Origin: Amoebidium appalachense
Lineage: Eukaryota; Protista; Ichthyosporea
DNA: 64,000 bases
Assembly (NCBI GenBank): GCA_963693365.1
Contig: CAVNZM010000009.1
Coordinates: 7,359,408 to 7,423,407, forward strand
Direction of reading: 5' to 3'
The translations under genes were made by a program, and so were the position numbers. Shown here one piece after another: positions 14,761 to 41,262 of the stretch (position 1 is the stretch's first letter; each line of letters begins with the position of its first letter). Under the pieces are notes generated by a model. It saw nothing but the letters and a program-made list of their open reading frames with translations, was not told where the DNA came from and did no database searches.

Positions 14761-15822
14761 TAAGCATACATGTACACCCATCCCTGCCTTTTTATGTAGG
14801 TAGAAACTCATAATAAACCAGCGCTGAATGTGGTCGGTTTTTGAAGAATACCTTGCAGTTCGCGACTGGCATACTGGCGTGACTGCGTGGGTCACGTGTG
14901 ACATATGTGTACACTGCATTCGCAATGCCCATGCATGCGATCGCCCTGACACGTACGCGTACGCGTGCACTTTCGAAAGCTTTGCTGCCCTTCGACCGTC
15001 GGTCCTAGAGTTAAAATACTGTAGCGATTGAATTGTATTACAACATTCAGACTTGTTTTTTTATTTTCATGTATGATAATGCCACGACCATTGTTCGCCT
15101 TTATCTCACGTGCTCGACACATGCAGCGTGCCGACATTTCATTCACATGTGATTCTAAACCACTCGGAAGGGCGGACTCCATGGAGCATTGTGGATCTAA
15201 AAAGTTCGCATGGCCGGCCCGCCCCGCGGGCAGCTGCGGGACTGGCGGTGTGTGAGAAGTCACAAAAACACGCAACATCATATATATTGGTGCTAAATAA
15301 GAATGGCGTCTTACTTATATTATTCGACTTGAAATCTTCCCCTCTGGTTGATAAAGCATTGTTTATTTAAGAAAGGCTGTGATTTCGACTTTGATTCCAA
15401 TTTCCAACCCCCGTATGTCAGGAATGCGCGCTGTGCCCATACTCGTCACTCGATAAAACTACTCGTGTGAGAATTCTAAGATACGGGCCAAGGCCATGGT
15501 GGCCATATATGGGATATAGATATATCAAAAATAAGTAGTTTTTGCTGCTAAATATAGGTGGAAATTATCGATAAATGCACACTAATAACGCGTGCGTCTA
15601 TAGTACCCTATACCTCAGCCTTGTGCAATTCAGGGCATGACGCCGAGTAACGGTTAGGCGGTTTGCGTCATTCTTGCCCAATCAGATGAGGCTCACGGCT
15701 AAACGGCCCTGAAAATCCCCCTAGATCATCCCAGAGCATATACTTGGGCATCCATATTTTCTGTGCAGCGCCCCATGCCACAATGGGATACAAAATTATA
15801 GCGCACGCGCACACACACACAC

Positions 15823-15881
<59 letters not shown>

Positions 15882-15913
15882 CCAGCTGATACCGAGTGTC
15901 CCGAGGGGAGCCC

Positions 15914-15966
<53 letters not shown>

Positions 15967-16962
15967 GGGGAACCCCAACTAATTGATTTCTCCTTGTAGT
16001 CTTTATGGTGTCTCGTAGAGAAAGTAAACCCTGATATATAGTCACCACCCGACATCTATGTACGTGATCATGATATACCGCTGAGGGGATATTCCGAGCA
16101 AAACCCCCCCCCCCATACCTGAGACTGGTTCTCTTTGCCTCGAGTAAACAGCGTAAACCCCAATGGGATATCGATTGGGAAGTGTAACAGGAAGTGCCTG
16201 TGGATTTGTTCAGAAAACATTGTTTATTCAATTACTTCATAGTTATGAATGAATATCTAACTAAATTCTTGCTCATTAATTGCTTTTGCGTGGTAAAATA
16301 CCATTCAAAAAGTAAGTAAATCGTCAGAATAAAGCTTTAATAGCTTAAAAGCATGAATAATTTGAAAATTATTCTTGTGCATGTTTTTTTTCACCGTTTT
16401 ATAATATTGAGCACCCCCATGCTGCTTTTTCTGGGGGGTTCGGTGTAGAACCGTTGTCCTGCCACACTGTGGGCGTGCTCTGTTTCACTTCCAGACTGCA
16501 GGTTACACACTATACCTTCTGTAACGGTGTATTCTCCTTTATCCGTTTTATACAGACAGCGAACGATTATGCTTTTGTAGTCGTTGTTCTAGTTGCCTGC
16601 TCAAAGTTTAGCGAGGCGACCTTGCATTGTGCTTTTCACTTGCGGGACTACAGGTGTTTATAACTTCTACTGATCGAGGTCGCTATTGGGACGTCGATTC
16701 ATGTAGTCACATGTTGCAACTCAATCATAGCTACTTCGTAGACCACTGCATGCACTGGGAAGTTTTTTGGTTTCTTTTTTTGTTCACGACCAGTGTTTTT
16801 TTTTAAATGAAAAAAAAGTTTCGCTTTCTCCTCTTCCTTCGCTACTAGGCACACAACAAAACAGTGGCAATACTGCTTATTTAAAAAGCACATCAGAATC
16901 TGATTGCAGCCCATCGAAGTTTAGTGCATTTGTGCGAGAGTGAAGTCTCTAGATCTGCTAAA

Positions 16963-18734
16963 ATGAATGCTCTTACGCAAACCTCTATGGATGAGGGGGA
17001 GTGGAGCCGCCGGTCCTCCGTCTCATCCAGCACGTATCGCGATGCTACCCTTCTCTGGACGGCCCTGTTTGGCTCAGACCAATCGGATGTAACACCGTTG
17101 AATGAGACAGGCGCTCAAAATAGTTGTGCACAGCCGAGGCCGCCAGGTTTGAATTACTCGCAGATTTCACAACAATACACGCCGGAATACAGCACATACA
17201 GAGAAACACGAAGATACTCGACTGCATCTGATGTCTACGGCGATGGGGGGGAAATTGCTTGCACGGCTCCGGCCGATGGTTCCTTTGGCCAAGTAGGGTA
17301 TCAATTCGAGCCAAGCCTTCGGCGAACTTTGCAAACACAGAATTCATGTTATGGTTCTATGATTTGCAACATGCCCACGTGTGATTTCATGATTTCTAAC
17401 CGGAGAAACTCAGCCCCAGCGCTGTTGGACTACCAGTTGCAGTATTGCACCCCTCCAAACATCCCCGGTAATGGCATACCATGCGCACAGTACTGTCCGC
17501 CAATCACCAATGCACCATTCACCTACAGCCAATCTAGCACTTCCATACCAGGACATATGTCTAACGCGCCGAACGAACCCAGCAGCCTTTACCGGACCAA
17601 CTCGGAAAACTCCACTGTTTCATCGAGTGTTGGAAACGTGTCAAATCAGATCGGTAACGGATCTGCCCAGCTCTCATTTCTCACACTGCCCGCGAGTTTC
17701 GATCCCATGGGCCCTGCGGCGGTCAACGTTGCGCCCGGTGAAATAGTTCCAAGAAGCCCCGATGACGTGCCAATCATTGCGAGCGTGCCCATTTCTCGCG
17801 TGGAAAGCAGCGGAAACATCTCCATAACCACCGACGTGGCGGGTATGCGCGACGCAGACTACTACATGGCATCCTCCCGTTGCCATGCTAACGGCTGGAG
17901 TGGCGAACCTCGACGCCGCTGCCGAAGATTTGACCCCCAGGACGGACCCATTCGGCGAAACGTCGTTTTTTGCGGAGGGTGAATTCGGCAATGAGATGGG
18001 TGATCGCGAAATGCAAGATGTGATCGACAAACTCTTGCTCAGTGGGGCGTTCGACGCGGCGAGTGGTGGGTTTGGTGGGACCCAGGACCATGAGAGAGCC
18101 GCGAGTTCGCAAAGCAGCGCCGGGGGAGAATTCACAACCCTGGGGGATGTTGTGGTGAAGGCGGAGAGTAGGGGAGAGGGGGAGAGGAAAGTGTTGGGTG
18201 ACTCGGGTGCGGTGGGGAAGGCTGCTGCCTCCCAGGCTAAAAATAGCCAGAAAGCGACGTCACGACCCAGGAGCCACAGCGACCCTCCAACCATGAAGCA
18301 GTCCGTCGTGGGTGTTCGCGGGTCGGCCCGTTACAACCCCGTCAAATTGCACAGCCCCTCCGGAGGAAACGAACATTGCCCTTATCAGCAAAAGGTGGAA
18401 ATTGCAACGGTGGGGGGGGCTCAACTCGCCGCCGAGACGGGTGCAAGGATAGAGTGCTGTGTGTGCGGACGCATGGAGACCCCCCTCTGGCGTGTTTTTT
18501 CGGACGGAAATCGGTATTGCAACGCGTGCGGGTTGTACTTTAAGGCCCATGGGAAGCCGAGGCCGTTGCGCGGGGAACCGGCGGCGCTACGGGATGGAAT
18601 GAAGGAAAGGGCAAAGTGTACGTCGTGTGGGACCGAGAACACGTCTCTGTGGAGGCGAAACGAGGCAGGGGAACTTGTGGTATGTTACTCCCTACCCCTT
18701 CCCCTCTCCCCCCAAACACACACGCGCACGCACG

Positions 18735-18768
<34 letters not shown>

Positions 18769-19197
18769 CACACACCTTCCGTTTTGCCCTCTTCCATCGG
18801 AATTATTGCCATGTTTTCGAGCTCAACTGAAGTTAAGTGTGCGTTTCTTCGCCGGTTATGCGTGTGTGGGTGGGTGGATGTACTTTTTTTCTTTTCTTTT
18901 TTCCTTTTTTTCTTTTCTTTTCTTTTTTTTTATTTTTTATTTTAATTTATTTATTTTTTTTCTGGGGGAAAGGTGTGTGTGTGTGGGGGGGGGGGGGGGG
19001 GGGGGGGGGGGACAATGTAGTTGTGTGCTATAGTGTGGTGGTGTTGATACTGTCAAGCTGTTTTGCGTGTGAAGTTGCAGAACGTGCTTCTTCGAAGTTT
19101 ATAATTCCTTCCTTCCTACCCCCCCACCCCACCCCACCCACCCACCCACCCACTCGCACACATTCCGCCTTCTCTCCTTACTGCACATGCACGAGGT

Positions 19198-19242
<45 letters not shown>

Positions 19243-19400
19243 GCAACGCGTGCGGCCTCTACGAGAAGGTCCATCACAAATCGCGACCTATGGTCCTTCT
19301 GAAGAAACCAAAAACGAAGACTTCACGCAGACGCCCTCGCGCAAAATCTTCACCCACCGATCCGCCCACTCTCTCCAGCATCCCTGGAGTACTACATTGA
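16963..19400 (+). CDS. GATA: GATA transcription factor with two C-X2-C-X17-C-X2-C fingers; exons 16963-17842, 17901 (or 17928)-18679, 19242-19400
   Basis: Finger 1 CCVCGRMETPLWRVFSDGNRYCNACGLY; finger 2 CTSCGTENTSLWRRNEAGELV|CNACGLYEKVHHKSRP, split by a GT-AG intron (18680-19241); basic tail. A short intron from 17843 (GTATGC donor, TGCTAAC branch point) joins the two long ORFs in frame; that junction is less certain. Confidence 0.88.
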
Positions 19401-21572
19401 TTATAATGGTAACTTAGAATATAACTCTTGATGATCATGTGAGTTTTTATGTTGGACAAAATATTAATGCACCAATACATGACCGCGATTCATTTCTTCG
19501 AGATATAAAATCGCGTTGTGATATATATACTTTTTAATTCGTCGCGATTTGCAAAATGCAAATACGCAGGTGTTATTACAGTAGTTTTTCAATTCGTCGA
19601 GGTATCCTATTTATTTAATACGCTGTGACATATATGACACACTTTTATGAGCATTCTCCAGTTATCTAGTACCTGTACAGTGCCTGCATGTGTAAAATGA
19701 AAGGTACGGAGATATATGCAGAAATGTAACTGTGGCATGGTATGAAGACAATACTACTAGTAGTAGTAGATAGTTTGTTTTTGTATTAAATTGTACAAGG
19801 AATATATTTGTACAAAAAAATATTTTTTTAAGAGTTCTCGACCAAGTAATCTACTGCGTTTTTTTAAGGTGTCGCGAGAAGGCTCTGATTAACGCCAGTG
19901 GTTGTATTTCTTGTTATCGAAAATTGGGGTGTCTACATATTAGTTTTTCGCCCCAAACACTGTACTAACGCATAGTATCTCAACCATGACTTAAAATTAT
20001 AAATCGATTTGCCGTATTTTATTTGCCTTGATATTTTAGTTTTTTCTTTCCTGTGTATATCAGATGCATGATCATAGCGTGAATTCTCTTTGGCAGATGC
20101 GTGTACGTTGTTTCTTGCCAAGTTGTCGAGATCACCTGTGTTTTTTGTTATCTGCGCAGGACGCAGAACCCCGGGCTTCCTTTTTCAAGTGCTCTTGCTT
20201 GGTATTATCTTGTGGGCCATCGACATGTTTTTCGTCACTGGGGACTGAGTCTAAATTTCTGTCTGACTCGCAATTGTGATGCCGTGTTTGTATATACATA
20301 TTGGACATGCATGCATGATATCTACTTTCCCTTAAGTAAAGATACTCTCGACGTAACACTACATTTCTACTTTTTTGCTTCAAGTTGTTTTTATATGTCA
20401 TATTCATACTTTTTTGTTTGTTTTTATATGTCACTATACCCACAACACACACACACACACGTGCACGTGATGCAGATTCAAAAGTTTGCTAAAGAGATGT
20501 GCAAAAAGCGCTGCCGGGAAGGTTTTCATCCTCAGGGGGACTCGAGCCCAATTGCATGTCTTGGCGTCCAGTAATAGAGTGTGCAACATGTAAAAACAAA
20601 CGAAAAAGGAGGAAAATAGTAGTGTCAGTGTTTGTGTGTGAATGGGGTGCGCTGGAGTGGGGCCCCGGGGTGCATGTGTTGTGGTGTCTGTGTGTGTGTG
20701 TGGGGGGGGGGGAGGGGGGTAGAATGTGCAACATGCTCAGTGAATACATATTCCGAGACCCGGATCATGTGTAGGTGTGTGTGTGTGGGTGTGGGTGGGT
20801 GGGTGGGTTTGGTGGGTTTGGTGTTGGTGGTGCTGGTTGGGGGGGAGGAAGGGGGGAGGGGGGGGGGGGAAGGACGGAGGGAGGGCGTGCGGGGGGAGGG
20901 GGGAGGAGGGAGGGGGAAAACTATGAAATATTCTTAAATGCCTGCAGAAACACAGACAAAAACATAAGCTTGTCCACAAATGCAACAACAAGGACAAAAG
21001 AGTGGCTGAACTTTAGGCATATTGTGCAGGAAAGGAAAGTTTAACACAGGAATTTCAAAACAGAAACACAGGAAGAGCATTATATTAGACGATTGCGGGG
21101 CTATGAGCAAAGAGAGTTAACGTTAATACTTGTACATACAGCGTTTGGAGATCGAACTGTTTGTGTGTTCCAGACTGAGCTAGTGTGCACGTGTGTGCGT
21201 GTGTCACTCACGATGTGTGCAAGCGCATATGTATATGTCACTGTGTGTGTGTGTGTGTACACGTGTTAAGGCAGGAGGGGGGAGGGGGGCGGGGAGGGGG
21301 GGTATATGTCACTGTGTGTGTGTGTGTGGACACGTGTTAAGGCAGGAGGGGGGCGGGGAGGGGGGAGGGGGGAGGGGGAGGGGCCGGGGGTCATGTCGTG
21401 AGTGTGCATATGTGCACGTGTGTGTGCGAGTGGGCTCCCCCGGGGGGTGTGACAGATGTGTGTGGTAAAGGGGAATAAGTGGAAAGCAAACAGAATTGTT
21501 TTTAAGTGCGAGACTCCGAATGTGTGTGCATGTATGTGTACATGTGTGTTTTTTTTTTGTTTTTTTGTTTTT

Positions 21573-21609
<37 letters not shown>

Positions 21610-22304
21610 CTATATGTGTGTGTGTGTGTGTGTGTGTTGGAAGGGGGTTGGTTGGTTGTTGTTGTTGTTGTTGTTGTTGTTTTTTTTTTTTTTGGGGGGG
21701 GGGGGGGGGACACCATGTGTACACTGGCTTTGACCAGGCTGAAATTTATTTGCCTGGCGGATGTGAGAAAGATGTGAGGTGCTTTACGTGCAGAGATACG
21801 GTAACAAACCCTTCACCTGTACGAAAAAGGTGCTTTGTTTACTTACAGCTAACGTTACAATGCTACGGATACAACACGAAAAAAGGTGAAAATCAGGACG
21901 AAATAAAGTGTATCTGGGAAATTTTGGATACCTCTGGGTCACACCAGAAGAAAAACAAATTTTCTATGTCAATCTAAATGTATGCGCGCACAATGGTGAT
22001 TTTTTTCTCCCTGAACGGTGGCTTGGCTATATCGCGCAAATGTGCAGTAAAGCATAAAAACATAAACCCCACATGATTTGCAGAATTTGCATTCTTAGCA
22101 AAACCAATCTAGAATAACCAATTTACCTGCAAACTAACATTTGCCACGAGTTTTCCAGTGACAAACCCTTCTTAACTAACATCCGACCCCAGCTTCAAAT
22201 TCCGGTAAAAAGATAAAACAAAATCCCATTTTTCCGTGCTGAGGCGGATGCATTTTCCCTCTTTTTCCCGTTTTTTTTCTCTCGTTTCCCGCTCAAATCT
22301 ATAT

Positions 22305-34733
<12,429 letters not shown>

Positions 34734-37090
34734 CTTCTACTCTAATCTCTCTAAAAAAGACAAAAAGAAATACGTGAAAAATATGAGGGGGCTGTGGCTG
34801 TATATGCGAGTTCAGAAGAGCCGTTCTATTTTTCACGTGTGCGGGGGAGGCGGGCCGGGGTAATAAAACCATCTCCTTAGCGTCGACTCAAGGCATAGAG
34901 CACCGTGATACAAACAGGTACATGGGGTGATAAGGTATTGTTTTACAATTTAAAAAAGCTTGAATTTGTAATCGTACGAATAGAAAGCTCAGAACAATTT
35001 CAGCCAAAATTTCAGGTAGGGCGTTTTGTTTTGTTCCTTGGCCAATCGACGCGGGCCACTGAGTCAACAACACCGGGGCGGCGTCATTCCCTCACATGGC
35101 TGTCGACCAATGATCGTGAGTCGTGATTTCCAAAACAGCTATCCCCGTAGATTTCTGGGAATTCTTGGCAATAACAAGTTCACCGTACTCACTGTGACCC
35201 CTGTTAGATCAGTACAAAGCATGTGAAAATGATATCTGAGAAAATAATTATTTTGCCATTAACTAATTATTTAAAACTATAGATAATCCAGCTTGCGACG
35301 TTTTGTAAATCTCCTAGGTGCCCGGCTTATCTTTCTGAGGCTTTTTTGGTGACACTGATAAGAGTTTTGGGGCTTCATGTAATTTTGCGGCATATTAAAT
35401 TATTTTGCTCCCATATTGCTTATTTAAATATCTAAAAGTTATTCAATTTAAGAAAGAAGACTTAATTATAACTAAATGGGTTAGAGGCATATTTATTATA
35501 ACATTAGCTTTTTCTTCCAATTATTGTGCTGCTTTCTGAAGGCCTTTTTCATACTTGTTCTCAACATTCTTTCCGGGGTCTACAAATTCGAGTTTAGCCG
35601 CTCTACCCAACTGGCTTCAATTATTTTCGCGCCGTTTCTGACATTCGCCAATAGGAACTGCTCCGACTTCCGGGCGGCCCGATAAATACAGCCGGATGAC
35701 GGTCGGACCGGACGCGTCCGCCCCGCGGTGATCACACTGTTCACTTCTGCAAAAAACTGAGCGGTGGAAGAAGAAAGGGGTGGGAGTAACTACCGAGAAT
35801 AGTATTTTGAAACGCAGTAGGCAAACCGTATCACTATTTCTAACATCTGCTCTATCAAAGCTATGCTAACAAGGCCACTAGTTAAGCGTTCAAAACAGTA
35901 TTTTGTTCTATTGATGCCTCACTCATGCAGGCAACCTGTAACTCCACCGTCCAGATGTTGCCCTGCTGATCAAAGAGGTGTGGGAAATGTGCCAAAAAGT
36001 TGTTGCTTCAATTTCGCACGTATAGCAAACCCCGTAGAAATCACCGACACTACAACAAAACTAGTACACCAGTCATTCTATAACAAATAATAAAAATTCA
36101 GCTTTCCAATCTTGAGTTCGGAATTCCGATAAGATCTGACACAACCACGTGTCACCAGGTTTAGGGGAGGAGCCAGAGGAGCCCGAGTCACACGTACATG
36201 AGCAGGAGTTCTTGTTGTGGCCTGTGCTGTTTTTGTTTAGCAGCAGCGGGGGCCTCACATGACCTTTTATCATGGGCCACACAGTGCCACACTCACCAAC
36301 GTCACACGAGCCTTGCACGTGCACACACGTACATGGAAACGCAAAAATGTGTCATTTGTCATGGCTGCAACTCCCTTTTTGCCTGCAAACACAGGGAGAA
36401 ATGGATCCAGCTCTGGGACGGCTGTATACAAAAAGAAAATGTGCACAGCCCTCAACACAAAACACTACGGTCATCACGGATGATAAACATTTTCCTAATA
36501 TCAAGGCCTTTATATTTCCCAAGGCGAATATACAACAGTGAAAACAACATTATATTTATACATAAGGCGACGAAAAGTTAACTGAAAGCCTATTGACCTG
36601 AAAAGAGTGCCTAAGCTATACTAACGACGTTCGTACAAACTTTCGACATGAAACCCCCCCCCCCCAACACACACACACACACACACACACACAACACACA
36701 CAATCACACATTACTAACCCCACAACATAAACACCGTGTTGAAACACACACATTCACATAAGCGCACACGACCATTACCACCTACCCACCCGTACCAACC
36801 CCGGTCCACCTGTGGGCAAGTGGCACACCTTCTCCCTTGACCCTCCCCACCCAATATACACAAAAACCATGTCATCACACCCAACTTACGATATTTACAA
36901 TCAACACCCTACACACGGCAAAGCCTATGCAGCACAATGTCACACATCTAAAGTATCCATCCAGAAACACAGGAGAGGGTGGATGGCTGGGTGGCCGTGG
37001 GGCGGGTGGGTGGGGTTGTGTGTGTGTGTGCTTGGGTGGGGGGGGGGGGGGGGAAGGGGGGGGGGGGGGGGGGGGGGGGGGGATATGACA

Positions 37091-37970
37091 CTACTCGGAG
37101 GGGGCCCAGATGACCCTTGCTCCTTTCAGTGCGGATTTCAGTTTGCTGACTCCGGCCTCCGACACACCACTCCCGGTCAAGTCAACCTGTTGTAGGCTAG
37201 GGTTTCCTATAAAGGGCAAAAAAAACAAAAAAACAAAAAAAAGGGAGGGATCAAGAAGGGGGGGGGGGGGGGGGGGGGAGGGAGGAGGAGGAGGGGGCAT
37301 TAGAGGGTTGCTCCTGTAAGATTACCATAATGTTCGATAGGTACCGGTGTGTCCGTATCTGGCTAAGCTGCATCTATTGTGTTTTTTGTGTTGTGTGTAG
37401 TGTTGTGTGTGTGTGTGTGTGTGTGTGTGCGTGCGTGCGCGTGTGTGTGTGCGTGTGTGTGTGTGTGTGTTCGAACACACGCACTTGTATGTTGATCTAC
37501 GCTGTGTGTGTGTGCGCGCGTGTGCATGTGTGCATTGCGCACGTGTGCCTGTGTGCGTACGTGCGTGCGTGTGCGTGTGCGTGCTCCAGTGTGTGCATAC
37601 TTTAGGGAAGGGAGGTGCTGGAAAAAAGATGCGGTGAAAATGTAACACCCGAAAAAAGCAAATCAAACAAAGAAAGCAGGTAAACACGCACCTTGCAACA
37701 GATATTCCAGCCCGTCATCCGTCAGATACCTGTGGGGCACGTGCTTTTGTCAGTGCTCTGATCGGCAGCTTAGTTTGCCTGTCCGGATGTGCATAATGAA
37801 TATCGCAAATGGTTTTTTTTTTTTTTTTTTTTTTTTTGGGGGGGGGGGGGGGGGGTTTGAGAAAAACCGGATGTCGGTCTCTCTCTCTCTCAATTTAACC
37901 CTTTCCATCTTCCTCGGCCTTCCTCTACCTCTCGCTTCCATTCCTGCCCTTTGCCCTCTCTCTCTCTCTC

Positions 37971-38008
<38 letters not shown>

Positions 38009-38075
38009 ACGAACAAAAAAAAAAAAAAAGAAAGAAAGAAAAAGAAAAAAAGGAAAAAGAAAAAAGAAAAAAAAG

Positions 38076-38110
<35 letters not shown>

Positions 38111-38439
38111 TGTGTGTGCACAAATCGTGTCCATCTACCCAACACGGCACACGGGCTCTGCAGCTGGCAGTTATAAAACCTTCACCACCATCAAGAAATA
38201 AGAAGCGGGGGGGGGGGGGGGGGGGGGGGTTTGTATATTAGTGCTCAAGGGGAGAGGGGGGGGAGGGGGAGGGGGTTTGTATATTATTGCTCAAGGGGAG
38301 AGGGAGGGGGGGGGGGGGGGGGAGGGGGGAGGGGGAGGTTTATTGCTCACTTGCAGTCTGAGAGGTTGATGCTCTTGAGGTGTTTGAGATTGCGAATATG
38401 TTCCATCCCCACCGTGGTCACAGTAATCCCCCCAAGGTC

Positions 38440-38526
<87 letters not shown>

Positions 38527-39582
38527 TGCGTGTTCATGCGTACGTGCGTGTGTATTGAAGGAGGGGATTAGAATGTGGAACACAGTGCGAAATACAAATA
38601 AACGATAAAAAACAGTGAAGGACACACACAAAAGCAAACACGCGATTAGTGGTGTTTTGGGGGGGGGGGGGGGGGGGGGTAGGGGGGGGTTGGTCACCCA
38701 TCAATGGTGTTTATGTCAGCATGCACTAAATGCAAAAGAAGTGACCTGCGAGTTCGTGAGCAATAAAAGACAGGCAACGACTAAACGAGTCTCAGGCTTT
38801 CTTGTAGGTGCCACGGCCTTGCAGATGTATCTGTGCAGCTGGTGTCCGGATTCATGGGTGCATTTAAAAGGTTTTCTTTTAGGCCGATTTATTGTCACTA
38901 CTTTTGGTCCTGAGGTCGAGCCAAATGCTGTTTGGTGCGCACCAGGCCAATTATATTGCATATATCTTATTCGGGTCTGACCCCACTCGGATACTTAAAA
39001 GAACATACCTAAAAGAAAACCCTGTTTAAGGTGTTTGTGTGAGTTGCAGCTTTGACAGCGAAGGGTATAAGGGCATTAATGGTGTGGGGCCATGGGGGGA
39101 GGGTGCCGGGGAGGGGGAGGAGGCGGAGGAGAGGGGGGGTAAGATGTGTTTGAATATTGAAAAATCAGACGGGGGTATTGAGCATGGGTATATGTCAGTT
39201 GTGTGTGTACATCCGAATGTGTCTGTGTGTACATTTGGTGTGTCTGTGTATGCAATGCATAAGCCCTTCGGTGAATGTGTTTACTAAAACTAGTCTGTGC
39301 GTACGCTTGGCGTGCCTCTGCGTGCAAAAAGGTGAAGGAGTCGGCAAGCAAGTGAGACGACGGCAGAGGATGGTCAGCACTGTCTGTGTGTGTATGTATC
39401 TGTGTGTCTGTGTGTGTGTGTCTGTACCTGTGTGTTTGTGTGTGTGTGTGTGTGTCTGTATCTGGGTGTCTGTGTGCGTGTGTTGGGGAAAGGTGAGAAC
39501 GTGTATGTGGGTAAATTTGCCAGAGTGCCGGTGTGTGCGTGTAGGTGCCCAAGCATGTGTGTAAGTGTGTGTGTGTGTGTCT

Positions 39583-39613
<31 letters not shown>

Positions 39614-39965
39614 GGGGGGGGGGAGGGGGGGAGGGGGGGAGGGGGAGGGGGAGGGGGGAGGTGGGGGAAGGGGGGGGAGGGGGGCTCTACCAGCAACCAA
39701 CTTCATTGGTTTTGACTCTTGAAACTTTGGCAGTTCGACGTCCTTCTGTACCCAATCGGAAACGTCCTCCCCGTCAAAGGGAACATACTTGAGCCTGCCC
39801 CCCATGCGCAGAACAAACTCTGCAGCTGTTCTGTTGACGTAGGAGTGTATGCGTTTAGTGTTTGGTGTTGTTTTTCTTTCTGGTTGTATGTTTTCCCGTA
39901 GTGTGTTCGTGGGGGAGGGGGGAGGGAGAGGGATGTGTGTGTATCTGTGGTTGTGCATGTTTTTT

Positions 39966-40037
<72 letters not shown>

Positions 40038-41015
40038 AGTGTTTGGTGTGGTTTTCTTTCTAGTATGTTTTTCCTTTGTTTGTGTGCGTGTGTCTGGGCC
40101 TTTTCTCTCTCTCTCTTTCTTTTTTTTTTTTTTTTTTTTGGTCGGGGAGGGGGGGAGGGGGGGGGGGGGGGGGGGGTGTCTTGAATCGTACACCAAAGCA
40201 GATATGACTGCTTAGGTGGGTAAAGAATGTTTGCATGTGCGTGTCTGTGTGTTTGCTCCTGTGTGAGTGTGTGTGGTTGTATGTATCCGCACGTGTGTGT
40301 CGATGTTGCATGTGTTGGTGATTTATTCCCTGATGAAACCTGTGCTTATAAGTGCCATTTTACCATATTTATAGCACAACAAAGTAGGTATATCAAAAAC
40401 AAATCAGCTGCGCCCATCCATAGCCTCACCCTGTATCGAACGTATAAAATTTTTGGACCCATCATCAAACCCCATAATCTACGATTCACATGTATGTAAA
40501 ATGTATCTGCAAACAAACCTCTACCACTTGCAAAAGTCTATAATCCCCCCTCTCTCGCGCCCCCCTCCCCTCCCCCCTCCCCCCCCCCCCCCATCCCCCC
40601 AAACCCGCCCAACAACACACATATATATACACATGCATGTGCGTGCCCGCGTGCGCGCACACCGAGACATACAAATACACACACACCCACACACCCACCC
40701 ACCCACCCACACACTCCCCTCCCCCCTCCCCCCCCCCCCCCACTGTCTCTCTCTTTCTCTCGCCCACCCACCCACCCACCCACCCACCCAACCACCCACC
40801 CACACCCACATCCACACACACCCACCCACCCACCCACTCACACACCCACCCACCCACCCACCTCCGAACAACGAAAGAAAGAGAGAAAGACAGAAAAAGA
40901 ACATGACAATACAAAGGGGGAAAGAGGCAAAAGAAAAGTGAATAGACAACTCCAGATCCCCACAACCCCCCACAACCCCACAACACACGAACACCACCTA
41001 CCCCCCCCCCTCCCC

Positions 41016-41046
<31 letters not shown>

Positions 41047-41225
41047 AAAGGCACACACACGCCGTGACATACCACTCCATCCCCGCCCCAATGTCTTCAT
41101 TGTGCACACCGTGAAACACGATGGGATGCATATACAAAAAAAGGAACAGAAAGGTAGCATGGATCATGCACAGAATGCCTCCTATGGAAAAAAAAAAAAA
41201 CAAATTATCAACAGCATTCATAACG

Positions 41226-41262
<37 letters not shown>

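Noticed and set aside
21231-21352. Short local duplications (also ~22942-23130 and 61130-61197)
   Set aside because: Ordinary slippage duplications in low-complexity DNA with no further structure
35572-35620. AGTTGGGTAGAGCG on the minus strand looks like a tRNA D-arm or A box
   Set aside because: No T-arm GTTCRA at the right spacing and no acceptor stem
39305-39379. Possible 75-nt in-frame cassette exon in ATP5S intron 3 (CAGACAG acceptor, GTACGC donor)
   Set aside because: It would insert 25 unrelated residues into a region that aligns contiguously with ATP5S; probably cryptic
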